DNA from: Nitrospinaceae bacterium
GTDB lineage: Bacteria > Nitrospinota > Nitrospinia > Nitrospinales > Nitrospinaceae
Length of the DNA stretch: 64,000 nucleotides
NCBI GenBank assembly: GCA_965223665.1
Contig: OZ245011.1
Span: forward strand, 2,624,001 to 2,688,000
Direction of reading: 5' to 3'
Below, piece by piece: positions 30,815 through 40,223 of the stretch (position 1 is the first letter of the stretch; every line of letters starts with the position of its first letter). The notes beneath the pieces were generated by a model. It saw nothing but the letters and a program-made list of their open reading frames with translations. It had not been told where the DNA came from and searched no databases. The position numbers and the translations under genes were made by a program.

Positions 30815-31705
30815 CTATCTCCTAAATGAAGAAACTATCCTGTCACATCCACTATAATCTTTAATTACCTGTGGTTTTTCAAAATTACTATTAAGCTCTA
30901 GTAAATGAGCAACCGTCTGACCTTGTTCATCTCCTACTTCAACAATTAAAGCTCCTCCTGGGCTAAGGAAATTAGGAGAATTTGAAATGATTTGGTAATA
31001 AAAATCCAATCCATTTTTCCCTCCATCTAAGGCCAATAACGGTTCCCAATCAGAAACATCTGGCATTAACTTTAAAATATTTTTTGATGGAATATATGGG
31101 GGATTCGTCAGAATAAAATCAAAGGAATCGTCATCAATAAATTCCCAATCACCCAGAATATCTCCGAGAATAAATTTAATTTGAGGAACATTGTGGTTGA
31201 AAGCATTTTGTTGGGCAACTTTTAATGCTTTTTTTGAGATATCAACTGCGAACACATTACTGTTAGGAATTTCTTTGGCAACTGTTATAGCGAGAATACC
31301 CGATCCAGTTCCCAAATCCAGAATCTTGAGGACCTTTGTTTTCTTTGTTTCATTGAGTATTTTAAAAAAATGCTCAATTAAAATCTCCGTTTCTGGGCGA
31401 GGAATAAGTACGGAAGGGTTTACTTCAAAATCCATGGACCAAAACTCTCTTTTTCCTAAAATATACGCCATAGGTTCCCTTGCTTTTCGGCGCTCTATCA
31501 AACTTTTTATATTTTCGAAGGCATCAATACTTATTTGACCCTCCTTTTGAAGCCAAAGTTTTTGTCGAGGAATTTTTAAAGTGTGAGCTAAAAGTAATTC
31601 TGATTCTAACTCTGGATTATCGACTCCATGTTTTGCAAGTTCTTGTCGACAAAATTTAAATACATTATTTAGAAAAACTGCATTTTTATCTAAAAATATA
31701 TCCAT
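30815..31705 (-). CDS. prmC: Release factor glutamine methyltransferase
   Basis: LIPRPETE, LDLGTGSG, NPPY; downstream of prfA. Confidence 0.95.
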   Translation of the reverse strand: MDIFLDKNAVFLNNVFKFCRQELAKHGVDNPELESELLLAHTLKIPRQKLWLQKEGQISIDAFENIKSLIERRKAREPMAYILGKREFWSMDFEVNPSVLIPRPETEILIEHFFKILNETKKTKVLKILDLGTGSGILAITVAKEIPNSNVFAVDISKKALKVAQQNAFNHNVPQIKFILGDILGDWEFIDDDSFDFILTNPPYIPSKNILKLMPDVSDWEPLLALDGGKNGLDFYYQIISNSPNFLSPGGALIVEVGDEQGQTVAHLLELNSNFEKPQVIKDYSGCDRIVSSFRR

Positions 31706-31723
31706 GATAAAAAAGGGTTGTAT

Positions 31724-32794
31724 TTAGTTGGAGCTCGCTTTTAACGACTCGGCTTGAAAATGCAATAAAAGTTTTTCGAGCAATTCATCCAGATCTCCCT
31801 CCAATACCGTGGTCAATTTGTGTAAAGTCAAGCCTATGCGATGATCTGTAATCCTTTCTTGCGGAAAATTGTAGGTTCGAATTCTTTCACTTCGGTCTCC
31901 ACTCCCAACTTGCTGTTTACGGTCTTTTGCCATAGCCTCTTGTTGTTTTCGCTGTTCTTCATCATAAAGCCTTGCTCGGAGAACTTTCATAGCTCGATCT
32001 TTATTTTTGTGTTGAGATTTTTCATCCTGACAGGTGACCACTAATCCAGTGGGAGCATGCGTGATACGTACAGCAGAGTCGGTCGTGTTTACACTTTGTC
32101 CACCCGGACCGGATGACCGGAAAACATCTACTTTTAAATCTGCCGGGTTGATTTGCACATCCACATCTTCAACTTCTGGAAGAATAGCAACGGTTACTGC
32201 GGAAGTATGAATTCGTCCCTGTGTTTCGGTGGTCGGTACTCTCTGTACTCTATGGGTTCCCGCTTCATATTTTAATTTGCTAAAAACTCCTTTGCCCTGA
32301 ATATTACAGGTGATTTCTTTATACCCGCCCACACCGGTCAAACTACTATTTAAAATTTCAACAATCCACTTTTTGCTTTCAGCATACCGCAAATACATTC
32401 GATAAAGGTCTGCCGCAAACAAACCCGCCTCATCACCCCCCGTTCCGGCCCGAATCTCCATAATGACGCTTTTTTCATCCCTCGGGTCTTTGGGCAACAG
32501 AAGAACTTTTAATTGGTTCTCACTTTCTTCTCTTTGCTTTACCAAAATTTCGCACTCGCTTTGTGCCAACTCGATTAATTCCTCATCCTTTTCATCTTCT
32601 AAGATTTTTTTGTTTTCTTCCAACTCTTTAACTGTCTTTTTCCAGGCACGGTACTCATTAATAACCGGAGTAATTTCTGATTGTTCACGAGCATATTTTT
32701 TAAATTCTTGTTGGCGAGAAATGATATTTGGATCACTCAATAAATTATTGAGTTCTTCATAACGTTTTTCAATTTCTTCTAACTGCTCAAACAT
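31724..32794 (-). CDS. prfA: Peptide chain release factor 1
   Basis: GTGGDEA, PxT motif (VPTTE), [15 protein letters not shown]. Confidence 0.97.
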   Translation of the reverse strand: MFEQLEEIEKRYEELNNLLSDPNIISRQQEFKKYAREQSEITPVINEYRAWKKTVKELEENKKILEDEKDEELIELAQSECEILVKQREESENQLKVLLLPKDPRDEKSVIMEIRAGTGGDEAGLFAADLYRMYLRYAESKKWIVEILNSSLTGVGGYKEITCNIQGKGVFSKLKYEAGTHRVQRVPTTETQGRIHTSAVTVAILPEVEDVDVQINPADLKVDVFRSSGPGGQSVNTTDSAVRITHAPTGLVVTCQDEKSQHKNKDRAMKVLRARLYDEEQRKQQEAMAKDRKQQVGSGDRSERIRTYNFPQERITDHRIGLTLHKLTTVLEGDLDELLEKLLLHFQAESLKASSN

Positions 32795-32874
32795 TTATGG
32801 AATCCTAAAAATGAGGAATGAAGGCACAAGGCCATAGAGAGGTCAAAAACAATAAAGGAAAGGGGAGGAATTAA

Positions 32875-33111
32875 CTAATTGGGTGCGGCTTGTTCTTTTG
32901 GTTCGGTTGTCTGGGCTTTTTTATATTTTCTATTAAACTTCTCAATACGCCCTGCACTATCTACTAACTTCTGTTTTCCAGTATAAAAAGGATGACAGGC
33001 AGAACAAATTTCTACACTGAGATCCTTAGATGTAGAAAAAGTTTTCATTTCATTACCGCAAGCACATTTTACGGTAATTTCAAAATATTCCGGATGAATT
33101 CCTGCCTTCAT
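32875..33111 (-). CDS. rpmE: 50S ribosomal protein L31 (Zn-binding type)
   Basis: [13 protein letters not shown]...[10 protein letters not shown]. Confidence 0.97.
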   Translation of the reverse strand: MKAGIHPEYFEITVKCACGNEMKTFSTSKDLSVEICSACHPFYTGKQKLVDSAGRIEKFNRKYKKAQTTEPKEQAAPN

Positions 33112-33129
33112 TTCTAACTCCAAAAAAAA

Positions 33130-34380
33130 TTACGAGTTCATTGTTTGAATAAACTCGGCGTTGGTCTTTGTCTCTTTCACTTTCTGTAGAAGGAGGTCCA
33201 TCGTATCATGAACACCCATGGGGAGCAAAACTTTTCTCAACAACCAAATCCGTTGGAGTTCCTCCTGTTCCATAAGGAGCTCCTCTTTTCGGGTGCCCGA
33301 ACGGTTGATGTCAATTGCAGGGAATGTACGTTTTTCTGCCAATTTTCTATCCAGTACGATTTCCAAATTACCAGTTCCCTTAAATTCCTCAAAAATAACA
33401 TCATCCATCCGGCTACCGGTATCTACCAGTGCTGTTGCGATAATGGTCAAGCTACCACCTTCTTCCAAATTTCGGGCCGCTCCAAAAAATCGTTTAGGCC
33501 GCTGGAGTGCATTGGAATCCACACCACCACTCAAAACTTTTCCACTCGGTGGGACAATGGCATTATACGCTCGCGCCAACCGAGTAATACTGTCTAAAAG
33601 AATCACTACATCCTTTTTGTGTTCTACTAAACGTTTTGCTTTTTCAATTACCATTTCTGCAACTTGCACATGACGCTGTGCCGGCTCATCAAATGTAGAG
33701 CTAATCACTTCTCCTCTTACCGACCGCTGCATATCCGTAACTTCTTCAGGACGTTCATCAATAAGAAGTACGATCAAGGCGACTTCAGGAAAATTAGTGC
33801 TAATACTATTCGCAATGGATTGCAAAAGCATGGTTTTCCCGGTACGCGGGGGTGCAACAATTAATCCACGCTGACCTTTTCCAATAGGGGTCATAAGATC
33901 CATGATACGTGCGCTATAATCTGTACAACCTGGAGTTTCCAACCGCAGTCTTTCTTCGGGATATAAAGGGGTTAAGTTATCAAAAAGTATTTTATCTTTT
34001 GTCTTATCCGGGTTTTCAAAGTTTATAGCCTCTACTTTTAAGAGCGCAAAATAACGTTCATTTTCTTTTGGAGGACGAATTTGTCCAGATATGGTATCGC
34101 CAGTATGCATATCAAATTTCCGAATCTGCGATGGTGAAACATAAATATCATCTGGACCCGGAAGATAATTGTATGTAGGAGCTCTTAAAAACCCAAAGCC
34201 ATCAGGCAAAATTTCTAATACACCTTCACCAAACATCAAACCATCTTTTTCGATTTGCGCCTGAAGAATTTTAAAAATTAAATCTTGCTTTCTTAAACTG
34301 CTATGACCTTGAATCTTGAGCGTTTTTGCTAAATTTGTTAATTCAGAAATGGTTTTTGATTTAAGTTCTTCGATATTCAT
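33130..34380 (-). CDS. rho: Transcription termination factor Rho
   Basis: [33 protein letters not shown]. Confidence 0.98.
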   Translation of the reverse strand: MNIEELKSKTISELTNLAKTLKIQGHSSLRKQDLIFKILQAQIEKDGLMFGEGVLEILPDGFGFLRAPTYNYLPGPDDIYVSPSQIRKFDMHTGDTISGQIRPPKENERYFALLKVEAINFENPDKTKDKILFDNLTPLYPEERLRLETPGCTDYSARIMDLMTPIGKGQRGLIVAPPRTGKTMLLQSIANSISTNFPEVALIVLLIDERPEEVTDMQRSVRGEVISSTFDEPAQRHVQVAEMVIEKAKRLVEHKKDVVILLDSITRLARAYNAIVPPSGKVLSGGVDSNALQRPKRFFGAARNLEEGGSLTIIATALVDTGSRMDDVIFEEFKGTGNLEIVLDRKLAEKRTFPAIDINRSGTRKEELLMEQEELQRIWLLRKVLLPMGVHDTMDLLLQKVKETKTNAEFIQTMNS

Positions 34381-34843
34381 TTGTGGTGGTAATTTAAGGT
34401 TAAATGGATGGATTAAATTGTGTGGTTAATAACTTTTGTTCTAGTTTAATCTCTTTTAAAAAGGTTAAGTATGAGGATATTTCGGAGTCCTTCAGAATCC
34501 CCTACGAGATCCTGGATTAAGTGTTTTCGTTAGCAGGATTCCGATTGCAAAAGAGGTTAAATGGAGCCTTGCTATAAGGGGTATAATTACAAATTATACG
34601 GTTCTACTTTCTTTGTCAATCCTTTTCTTTTGAAAAACCCCTTTTACCGACGAATTGGGAAGGAAGACTTTTAGAAGCAAATCCATTTACTTCTTACTTA
34701 ATAATATAAATGTCTATGAATCAAAAGCAATAACTTTCTAGAACTTTCGCCATTTTTTCACTTCGTTAATGTAAAATATTTTCTATGCATTCTAACAACC
34801 GAAGAAGACAGGATATAGAAAACTTTTACTATAATTAAACATT

Positions 34844-36436
34844 ATGGCCGCCTTTACCCTGAGCAGAGTCGATCTCTTAATACTAATATTGTACTTTGTA
34901 TTTATTTTATGGCTCGGTCTTCGGTTTGTAAAAGCTCATGAAAATGCTGAGGAATATTTTTTGGCTGGGCGTAGGATGACTTGGCCTTTCATAGGAATTT
35001 CTCTATTTGCTTCCAATATCTCCAGCACCACCCTCCTCGGATTATCGGGTGCAGCTTATAGCCATGGAATATCAATTTATAATTATGAATGGATGGCTTC
35101 GATTATTCTTGTTTTCTTTGCTATTTTCTTTTTACCTCTCTATTTAAATTCCCGGGTTTTTACAATGCCCGAATTTTTAGAAAGACGCTTTGACATACGA
35201 TCCCGGTATTTTCTTACCGGAATCACTTTGATCGGCAACATCGTAATTGATACTGCAGGGAGTTTATTTGCCGGGGGGATTGTTCTGAAATTAATCTTTC
35301 CTGAAATTCCAATGGAATACACCATCGGAGGACTCGCTTTGATGGCAGGACTTTATACCATTGCAGGAGGATTGGCCGCGGTAATTTATACGGATGCGGT
35401 ACAAACAGTGCTTATCTTGTTAGGTTCTATATTAATTAGCGTTGCTGGTTTAAATAAAGTGGGCGGGTGGAATGCAGTTACTCAAGTAACCCCTCCTGAA
35501 ATGTTAAGTTTAATACGACCAATAGATGATACAAGCGTTCCATGGACTGGATTGGTTTTTGGGGTTTCCATTTTAGGGTTTTATTTTTGGTGTAATAACC
35601 AGTTTATGGTTCAACGTGTACTTAGCGCAAAAAACTTAAACCATGGAAGATGGGGTGTATTATTTGCAGCTCTTTTAAAACTGCCCGTACTTTTCATTAT
35701 GGTTTTTCCCGGAACCATGGCTCGAGTCTTATATCCTGATTTAACAGATTCCAATATGGTGTTTCCTGTTTTAGCTTTTGATTTGCTTCCCATCGGAGTT
35801 GTTGGTTTGGTTATCGCGGGTCTTCTTGCAGCAATCATGTCCAGTATAGACTCAACTCTAAATTCCGCTTCTACTTTGGTAACTATGGATTTTGTGGCAA
35901 AACTTCGGCCAGATTTTACCAGTGAAAGATTAATGTGGGTGGGCCGCGTCACTACTTTTATTTTTATGGCACTTGCCGCTTTTTGGGCTCCACAAATTGC
36001 AAATTTTGAATCTCTATTTGGTTATTTACAAAGAATCCTGGCATATTTATCCTCGCCGGTAGTGGCGGTTTTTCTTTTAGGGGTATTTTGGAAACGCGCT
36101 AATTCGCAGGGCGCATTTTGGGGATTACTCTCGGGACTTGTAGTCTCTATTTTTCTTTTTTATTTTAATGAGATAAATCTGATTATTTGGAAAAAACCCA
36201 TCCATTTTTTACATATTGCTCCTCTTTTATTCGGAATCAGTGCATTCGTTATTATATTTGTAAGTCTTTCAACCCCACCACCCCTTCCTCATAAAACCCA
36301 ACAATATTTATGGACAAAAAAGACTTGGACCTTGGATTCAATGGAATTATTGAATACCCCTTGGTATCAAAACTACCGAATACTTTCAGTAATTTTAATT
36401 TTTTTTACAACCGCAGTGGTTTTCATCTTTCGGTAA
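34844..36436 (+). CDS. Sodium:solute symporter (SGLT-like SSS family)
   Basis: YFLAGR, SLFASNI, TMPEFLERRF, GGLAAVIYTD, QFMVQRVL. Confidence 0.92.
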   Translation: MAAFTLSRVDLLILILYFVFILWLGLRFVKAHENAEEYFLAGRRMTWPFIGISLFASNISSTTLLGLSGAAYSHGISIYNYEWMASIILVFFAIFFLPLYLNSRVFTMPEFLERRFDIRSRYFLTGITLIGNIVIDTAGSLFAGGIVLKLIFPEIPMEYTIGGLALMAGLYTIAGGLAAVIYTDAVQTVLILLGSILISVAGLNKVGGWNAVTQVTPPEMLSLIRPIDDTSVPWTGLVFGVSILGFYFWCNNQFMVQRVLSAKNLNHGRWGVLFAALLKLPVLFIMVFPGTMARVLYPDLTDSNMVFPVLAFDLLPIGVVGLVIAGLLAAIMSSIDSTLNSASTLVTMDFVAKLRPDFTSERLMWVGRVTTFIFMALAAFWAPQIANFESLFGYLQRILAYLSSPVVAVFLLGVFWKRANSQGAFWGLLSGLVVSIFLFYFNEINLIIWKKPIHFLHIAPLLFGISAFVIIFVSLSTPPPLPHKTQQYLWTKKTWTLDSMELLNTPWYQNYRILSVILIFFTTAVVFIFR

Positions 36437-36905
36437 AAATTAAAGGGTATATATTTAAAGTATAGGAATACTTTAGTGAAAACTTATACCCCAAGAAAAT
36501 GGGTAGGGGGGATTATGAGAAACAAAATAACCTTTCAATCCCAGGTGCTTGCTTTCATTTTTCTTATCTTGTTTTTGATAATCCTGTTCACTTGGGTAAA
36601 TGTGGAATTTAACGTCTCGATGTATTAATAACAATTGAATTGTTGACGAACTTTTTAAGATTGATTCCACTTAAAATCCCTTTTAATCTAAAGATAATAA
36701 GTCTACAAAAATCTACAGGACCACAACCCCTAGACGAAGAATAAAAAGTTGGCAATGCAGGGGTAAAGTGTTACTTTTTAAATAGATAGAAAGCTCGATC
36801 TTTAGTTACCGAAATACCTACTTAACCCTTGAGTCATAACTTTTACATTTCATTCTGATGAATTAATTTTTTTCTTTTCATTTTCTGGACCAAGAACTTT
36901 TTCTG

Positions 36906-38327
36906 ATGCAACCATCTTCTTTTCCTATAATTGAAAAAGAAATCTCCAAAGAGTTTACAAAATCATCTGAAATTGCAATTAAAGTAGAAAATCTGAGTAA
37001 GTGCTACCAGATTTTTAATAAACCTCATGACCGCCTTTTACAGATGCTCTATCGGGGACGCAAAAAGTTTTCACGCGATTTCTGGGCTCTTAACAATATT
37101 TCATTTGAAATTAAAAAAGGGGAAACCATTGGGATTATCGGCAAAAACGGTTCCGGTAAATCTACGCTCCTTCAATCGATTTGTGGAACTTTAAATCCCA
37201 CTTCCGGATCCATTCAAACACATGGACGTATTGCAGCTCTATTGGAACTAGGCTTTGGGTTTGACGTTGAGTTTACTGGTCGTGAAAATATTTTAATGAA
37301 TGCAATGTTGTTAGGACTTTCTAAAGAGGAAATCGAAACTCAGTACGATAAAATTGTAGATTTCGCGGATATCGGTGAGTTTATTGACCAACCGCTTAAG
37401 ACATATTCAAGTGGGATGACAGTACGTTTAGCTTTTGCCGTGGTTGCTCATGTAAAAGCGGATATTTTAATTATTGATGAAGCCTTGAGTGTCGGCGATG
37501 CTTTTTTTGTGCAGAAGTGCATGCGTTTTCTTCGCAATTTTATGAAAACCGGAACCATCTTATTTGTAAGCCATGATATGGGTGCCATATTGAATTTTTG
37601 CAACAAAGCAATTTGGCTTGAAAACGGCAGTATCAAAGCCCAGGGCAAACCTAAGGAAATCACTGAACTCTATTTAGAAAAACAATACAAAGCAGAGTCC
37701 GGGGAGGAGCTTTACCCAAGCAATGGAAGCAGCATCCCAGACGAAGAGCAAAAAAGCCCACTCCCTTTAAAAGAAAACGGGAAACAACCAAGAGATATGC
37801 GGTTGGATTTTATTAATCAAACCAATCTAAGAAACGATATTGAACTGTTTCCCTTCACACCTGATTCTTCTGAATTTGGGATCGGCGGTGCAAAAGTTCT
37901 TAGTGTCCAACTAACAGACTCAAAAAATCAACCTTTGTCTTGGGTTGTTGGGGGAGAAGCTGTCCGGCTGGTGATTCACGCTGAGGTAAATAAAGATATT
38001 GATAATGTGATTATAGGGTTTCAGGTCAAAGATCGATTAGGCCAAGTCGTATTCGGGGATAATAGTTTTTTGAAATATTTATCCAATCCCGTCCATGCAA
38101 AACCTAATGACCACTTGGAGGGAATTTTTGATTTCCAAATGCCACTTTTACCCAATGGAGACTATACCATCATGGTTGCCATTGCCGATGGAACTCAAGA
38201 AAAACATCTCGTTTTAAACTGGATTCATGATGCCCTCGCCTTCAGGGTACATACCACCTCTGTAGTTCATGGTCTCATTGGAGTCCCCATGAAAGACATT
38301 CAAGTCCATTCCAAAAAGTGTCGCTAA
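36906..38327 (+). CDS. wzt: Polysaccharide ABC exporter ATP-binding subunit with Wzt-C carbohydrate-binding domain
   Basis: GKNGSGKST, YSSGMTVRLAF, DEALSVGD, C-terminal Wzt-C-like domain; no wzm upstream. Confidence 0.85.
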   Translation: MQPSSFPIIEKEISKEFTKSSEIAIKVENLSKCYQIFNKPHDRLLQMLYRGRKKFSRDFWALNNISFEIKKGETIGIIGKNGSGKSTLLQSICGTLNPTSGSIQTHGRIAALLELGFGFDVEFTGRENILMNAMLLGLSKEEIETQYDKIVDFADIGEFIDQPLKTYSSGMTVRLAFAVVAHVKADILIIDEALSVGDAFFVQKCMRFLRNFMKTGTILFVSHDMGAILNFCNKAIWLENGSIKAQGKPKEITELYLEKQYKAESGEELYPSNGSSIPDEEQKSPLPLKENGKQPRDMRLDFINQTNLRNDIELFPFTPDSSEFGIGGAKVLSVQLTDSKNQPLSWVVGGEAVRLVIHAEVNKDIDNVIIGFQVKDRLGQVVFGDNSFLKYLSNPVHAKPNDHLEGIFDFQMPLLPNGDYTIMVAIADGTQEKHLVLNWIHDALAFRVHTTSVVHGLIGVPMKDIQVHSKKCR

Positions 38328-38334
38328 AGAGAAT

Positions 38335-39177
38335 ATGGAAAACAATTTACAATTAACCGAAATGAAAGAAAAATTTTGGCGAGATGGTTACGTAAAGCTG
38401 GGAACCATTTTTGACACAAATGAAGTTTCTATTCTTCTCAAAGTAATCGCAAATTTTGAAGGAATGAAACAAAGACACCACGAAGTGAAGCAAAAGTTTG
38501 ATCAAGGAAATTATCCTTCTTTTGAATCCATTTTTGTTATGGATGATGTGTTTAGCGACAATATTTTCGCCCTGGCCACTCGGAAAAAAATAATCCTGGA
38601 TAACCTCTCTTATTTTTTTAATGATGATGCTTATCTCTATCATTGCAAGGTTCCATTAAAATACCCGTCAATGCCAGGTTTTAAATACCATCAGGACTAT
38701 TATTATTGGTATCAGATGGGTTGCATATATCCTGATATGGCCACCTGCTTTATTGCTCTTGACCCTTCAACAAAAGAAAATGGATGCCTCAAGTTTATTC
38801 CCCAATCACATAATTGTGGAAGGATAGATCATATCCTTCACAATGGATTTTCTGATAGCGAAGCCAACCCGGAAAGAACCCGGATTCTAAAAGAACGAAA
38901 CGGCGAAGAATTGATGGAATTGAATCCCGGAGAAGCCGTGGTATTTCACGGTAACCTTTTACACGGCTCGTCGACTAATGACTCCCCTCATTCTCGAATT
39001 GCATTAATCGGATGCTACAACACCAAACACAACAGCCCCATTAATCGTGACTGGACACACCCACCTTACGCAAAGCAAGAAAGATTCGATGGAAAATTAG
39101 ATGAATCTTACCTGAATAAACTTCCGGACATGTCCGTCTCATTCAAAGAAACACTCCCCTCCACCGCATCTTTTTAA
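38335..39177 (+). CDS. Phytanoyl-CoA dioxygenase (PhyH) family Fe(II)/2OG oxygenase
   Basis: HQD...ENGCL..IP.SH...LLHGS...R facial triad pattern. Confidence 0.85.
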   Translation: MENNLQLTEMKEKFWRDGYVKLGTIFDTNEVSILLKVIANFEGMKQRHHEVKQKFDQGNYPSFESIFVMDDVFSDNIFALATRKKIILDNLSYFFNDDAYLYHCKVPLKYPSMPGFKYHQDYYYWYQMGCIYPDMATCFIALDPSTKENGCLKFIPQSHNCGRIDHILHNGFSDSEANPERTRILKERNGEELMELNPGEAVVFHGNLLHGSSTNDSPHSRIALIGCYNTKHNSPINRDWTHPPYAKQERFDGKLDESYLNKLPDMSVSFKETLPSTASF

Positions 39178-39486
39178 ATCTAAACAAGTTCCCAAATTAT
39201 TAAAGAAATTCAATCTCGATATGTGATACAAGTAGTTTGTTAAAATCAGAATCATGTGGGGGACATGCTGGGATTCAGTGAGGTTGCAAATCCCATAGAA
39301 GCACATAAAGGTTACGACAATGATGACCGGGTAATCGCCTTGCTAACACATGGATTTAGAAATCAAAAAATGTCATCACTGATTCAAGAACGATGCGAAT
39401 GGATTGAGTTGGCGCAATAGTTTTAAAATTATGTCTTATACTGTTACGAAGAGCAGAAACTTTTTCTCCATTGACCCAATATAAAA

Positions 39487-39888
39487 ATGAGAAATCCTAA
39501 AAACGTATTTCACTTAGCGATTCCCTGTGCTTCATTAGATGAAACCGAGAATTATTATGTCAATAAACTCGGAGTAAGGTTGGCTCGGCGATATTCGGAT
39601 CGAATCACTTTGGACTTTTTTGGTGACCAAATCGTTTGCCATTTATGCCCGGAAAAAGTAGATCCCGTTCCACAAATGTATCCCAGGCATTTTGGGGTAA
39701 CTTTTAAAGATAAAAAAGAGTTTGATAGTTTATTAAAACTGGCTCAACAACAGGGACTGGAATTTTTCAAAAAACCTTTTGTCAGGTTTGAAGGGATGGA
39801 AGAAGAACACCACACTTTCTTTTTGATAGATCCCTCCAATAATCTTTTAGAATTTAAGTATTACAAAAATTCTAAAATGATGTATTAA
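39487..39888 (+). CDS. VOC/glyoxalase family protein
   Basis: FHLAIP, DFFGDQIVCHL, RHFG, DPSNNLLEFK. Confidence 0.88.
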   Translation: MRNPKNVFHLAIPCASLDETENYYVNKLGVRLARRYSDRITLDFFGDQIVCHLCPEKVDPVPQMYPRHFGVTFKDKKEFDSLLKLAQQQGLEFFKKPFVRFEGMEEEHHTFFLIDPSNNLLEFKYYKNSKMMY

Positions 39889-39945
39889 AAAAGTTCCTTT
39901 TTTAACATCTCCGAGACTTAAGCTAGAATTTTTTCCAAAATTAAT

Positions 39946-40040
39946 TTGGCGGGGACTACCGAACAAAACTTACAAGGTCAATTAATAAAAAGCGTTTCTT
40001 CAATTCAATTTTTCCAACATGCCCCCAAAGTTGCCCCTAA
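39946..40040. mobile_element. att-like site copy A with paired TGCCCC arm-type repeats
   Basis: TTGGCGGGGA...TGCCCCCAAAGTTGCCCCTAA; alignable by eye to 50882-50978. Confidence 0.55.
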
Positions 40041-40117
40041 ATGGTAAAGACCTTATTCAAAATTTCTTTTTACTAAGAATAATAATTGAAATTAAGTTTT
40101 GAAGTTTTTAAAAAGGA

Positions 40118-40149
40118 AAAGGGCTAAAACCCAAAAGCTTTAGCCCTTT
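40118..40149 (-). terminator. Terminator hairpin after the large surface-protein gene
   Basis: 11-bp inverted repeat AAAGGGCTAAA / TTTAGCCCTTT with a T-rich tail on the minus strand. Confidence 0.65.
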
Positions 40150-40223
40150 CAAATTCCAATCAAAAATATTCCAAGTCAGATCAAATAGTTACTTTAAAAT
40201 CATTTTTTAAAATGCTAAACAAG

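Noticed and set aside
13976-35952. Numerous 60-170 aa ORFs antisense or out-of-frame within housekeeping genes
   Set aside because: They are shadows of well-supported genes and carry no recognisable motifs.
38335-39177. Ectoine hydroxylase ectD
   Set aside because: It lacks the EctD signature FxWHSDFETWH and no ectABC genes are nearby; kept as generic PhyH.
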